The position numbers were made by a program, and so were the translations under genes. Positions 63,643-64,000 of a DNA stretch of 64,000 nt are shown in pieces. This DNA is from Pocillopora damicornis (Eukaryota), in the NCBI RefSeq assembly GCF_003704095.1, contig NW_020847747.1, forward strand, positions 124,001-188,000. The letters run 5' to 3'. The notes beneath the pieces are model-generated. The model was not told the DNA's origin. It was given only the letters and a program-made list of their open reading frames with translations, and ran no database searches. How positions within the stretch are numbered: position 1 is the first letter of the stretch; each line of letters begins with the position of its first letter.

Positions 63643-64000
63643 CTGTTAATAAACATGACACATAGTTAGACAGAGTAAGTAATTATTTGGAAACAGGCTC
63701 TCAAAAAGTTATCCAAACACAAACAAGCAAAACAGAATATCTGACAGATTCAACGCCTATTATGTGAACACAGCAAGAAGAAATGATCAAAAGGGAAGGA
63801 AAGCCAATTTGCGGGTCAAGAATACTAATATCAAAAGTTCTGCTTAATATGTGAGAAGTTTTAAATATTGTTATCACTTATCTACTTATTAATTTATTTA
63901 TTCAGTTCGCCAAAGGATACAATAAGTAATGTTAAGATTCTAGGTGACGTAGATATGGGTGGTAAATAAGGAATATGTCATTTAGTTATTGTGAGAAGAC

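Overview
AT-rich, intron-rich animal genomic DNA from a gapped draft scaffold (12 N-gaps). The repeat families and gene content suggest a cnidarian, probably a scleractinian coral (inference). Positions 1-39 kb hold a tandem cluster of seven paralogous type-I single-pass membrane genes that I cannot assign to a known family, reconstructed here by hand from GT-AG splice sites (genes 1-7). Each encodes a signal peptide, one or three copies of a ~140-aa Cys-containing beta-rich ectodomain, a W-rich juxtamembrane helix, a TM segment and a Cys cluster. The cytoplasmic tails differ (PPSY, YVNI, poly-Cys/Pro-rich), but six of the seven end in a shared M-x-[PR]-[LFM]-x-N-[EQ]-type motif. An ectodomain-less relative (gene 8) may close the cluster. 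An intron of gene 4 carries a perfect 91-bp-arm palindrome built from two inverted hammerhead-ribozyme cores of the Penelope-like element (PLE) type. Positions 41-59.4 kb contain CMC2 and a triplicated unit [CMC2 exon 1 <- -> 5' end of a beta-helix/Cys-rich/multi-TM receptor gene], plus PLE and Helitron relics and a SAM-domain ORF split by a MITE. Positions 60-64 kb hold the 3' part of a WD40-repeat gene on the minus strand.
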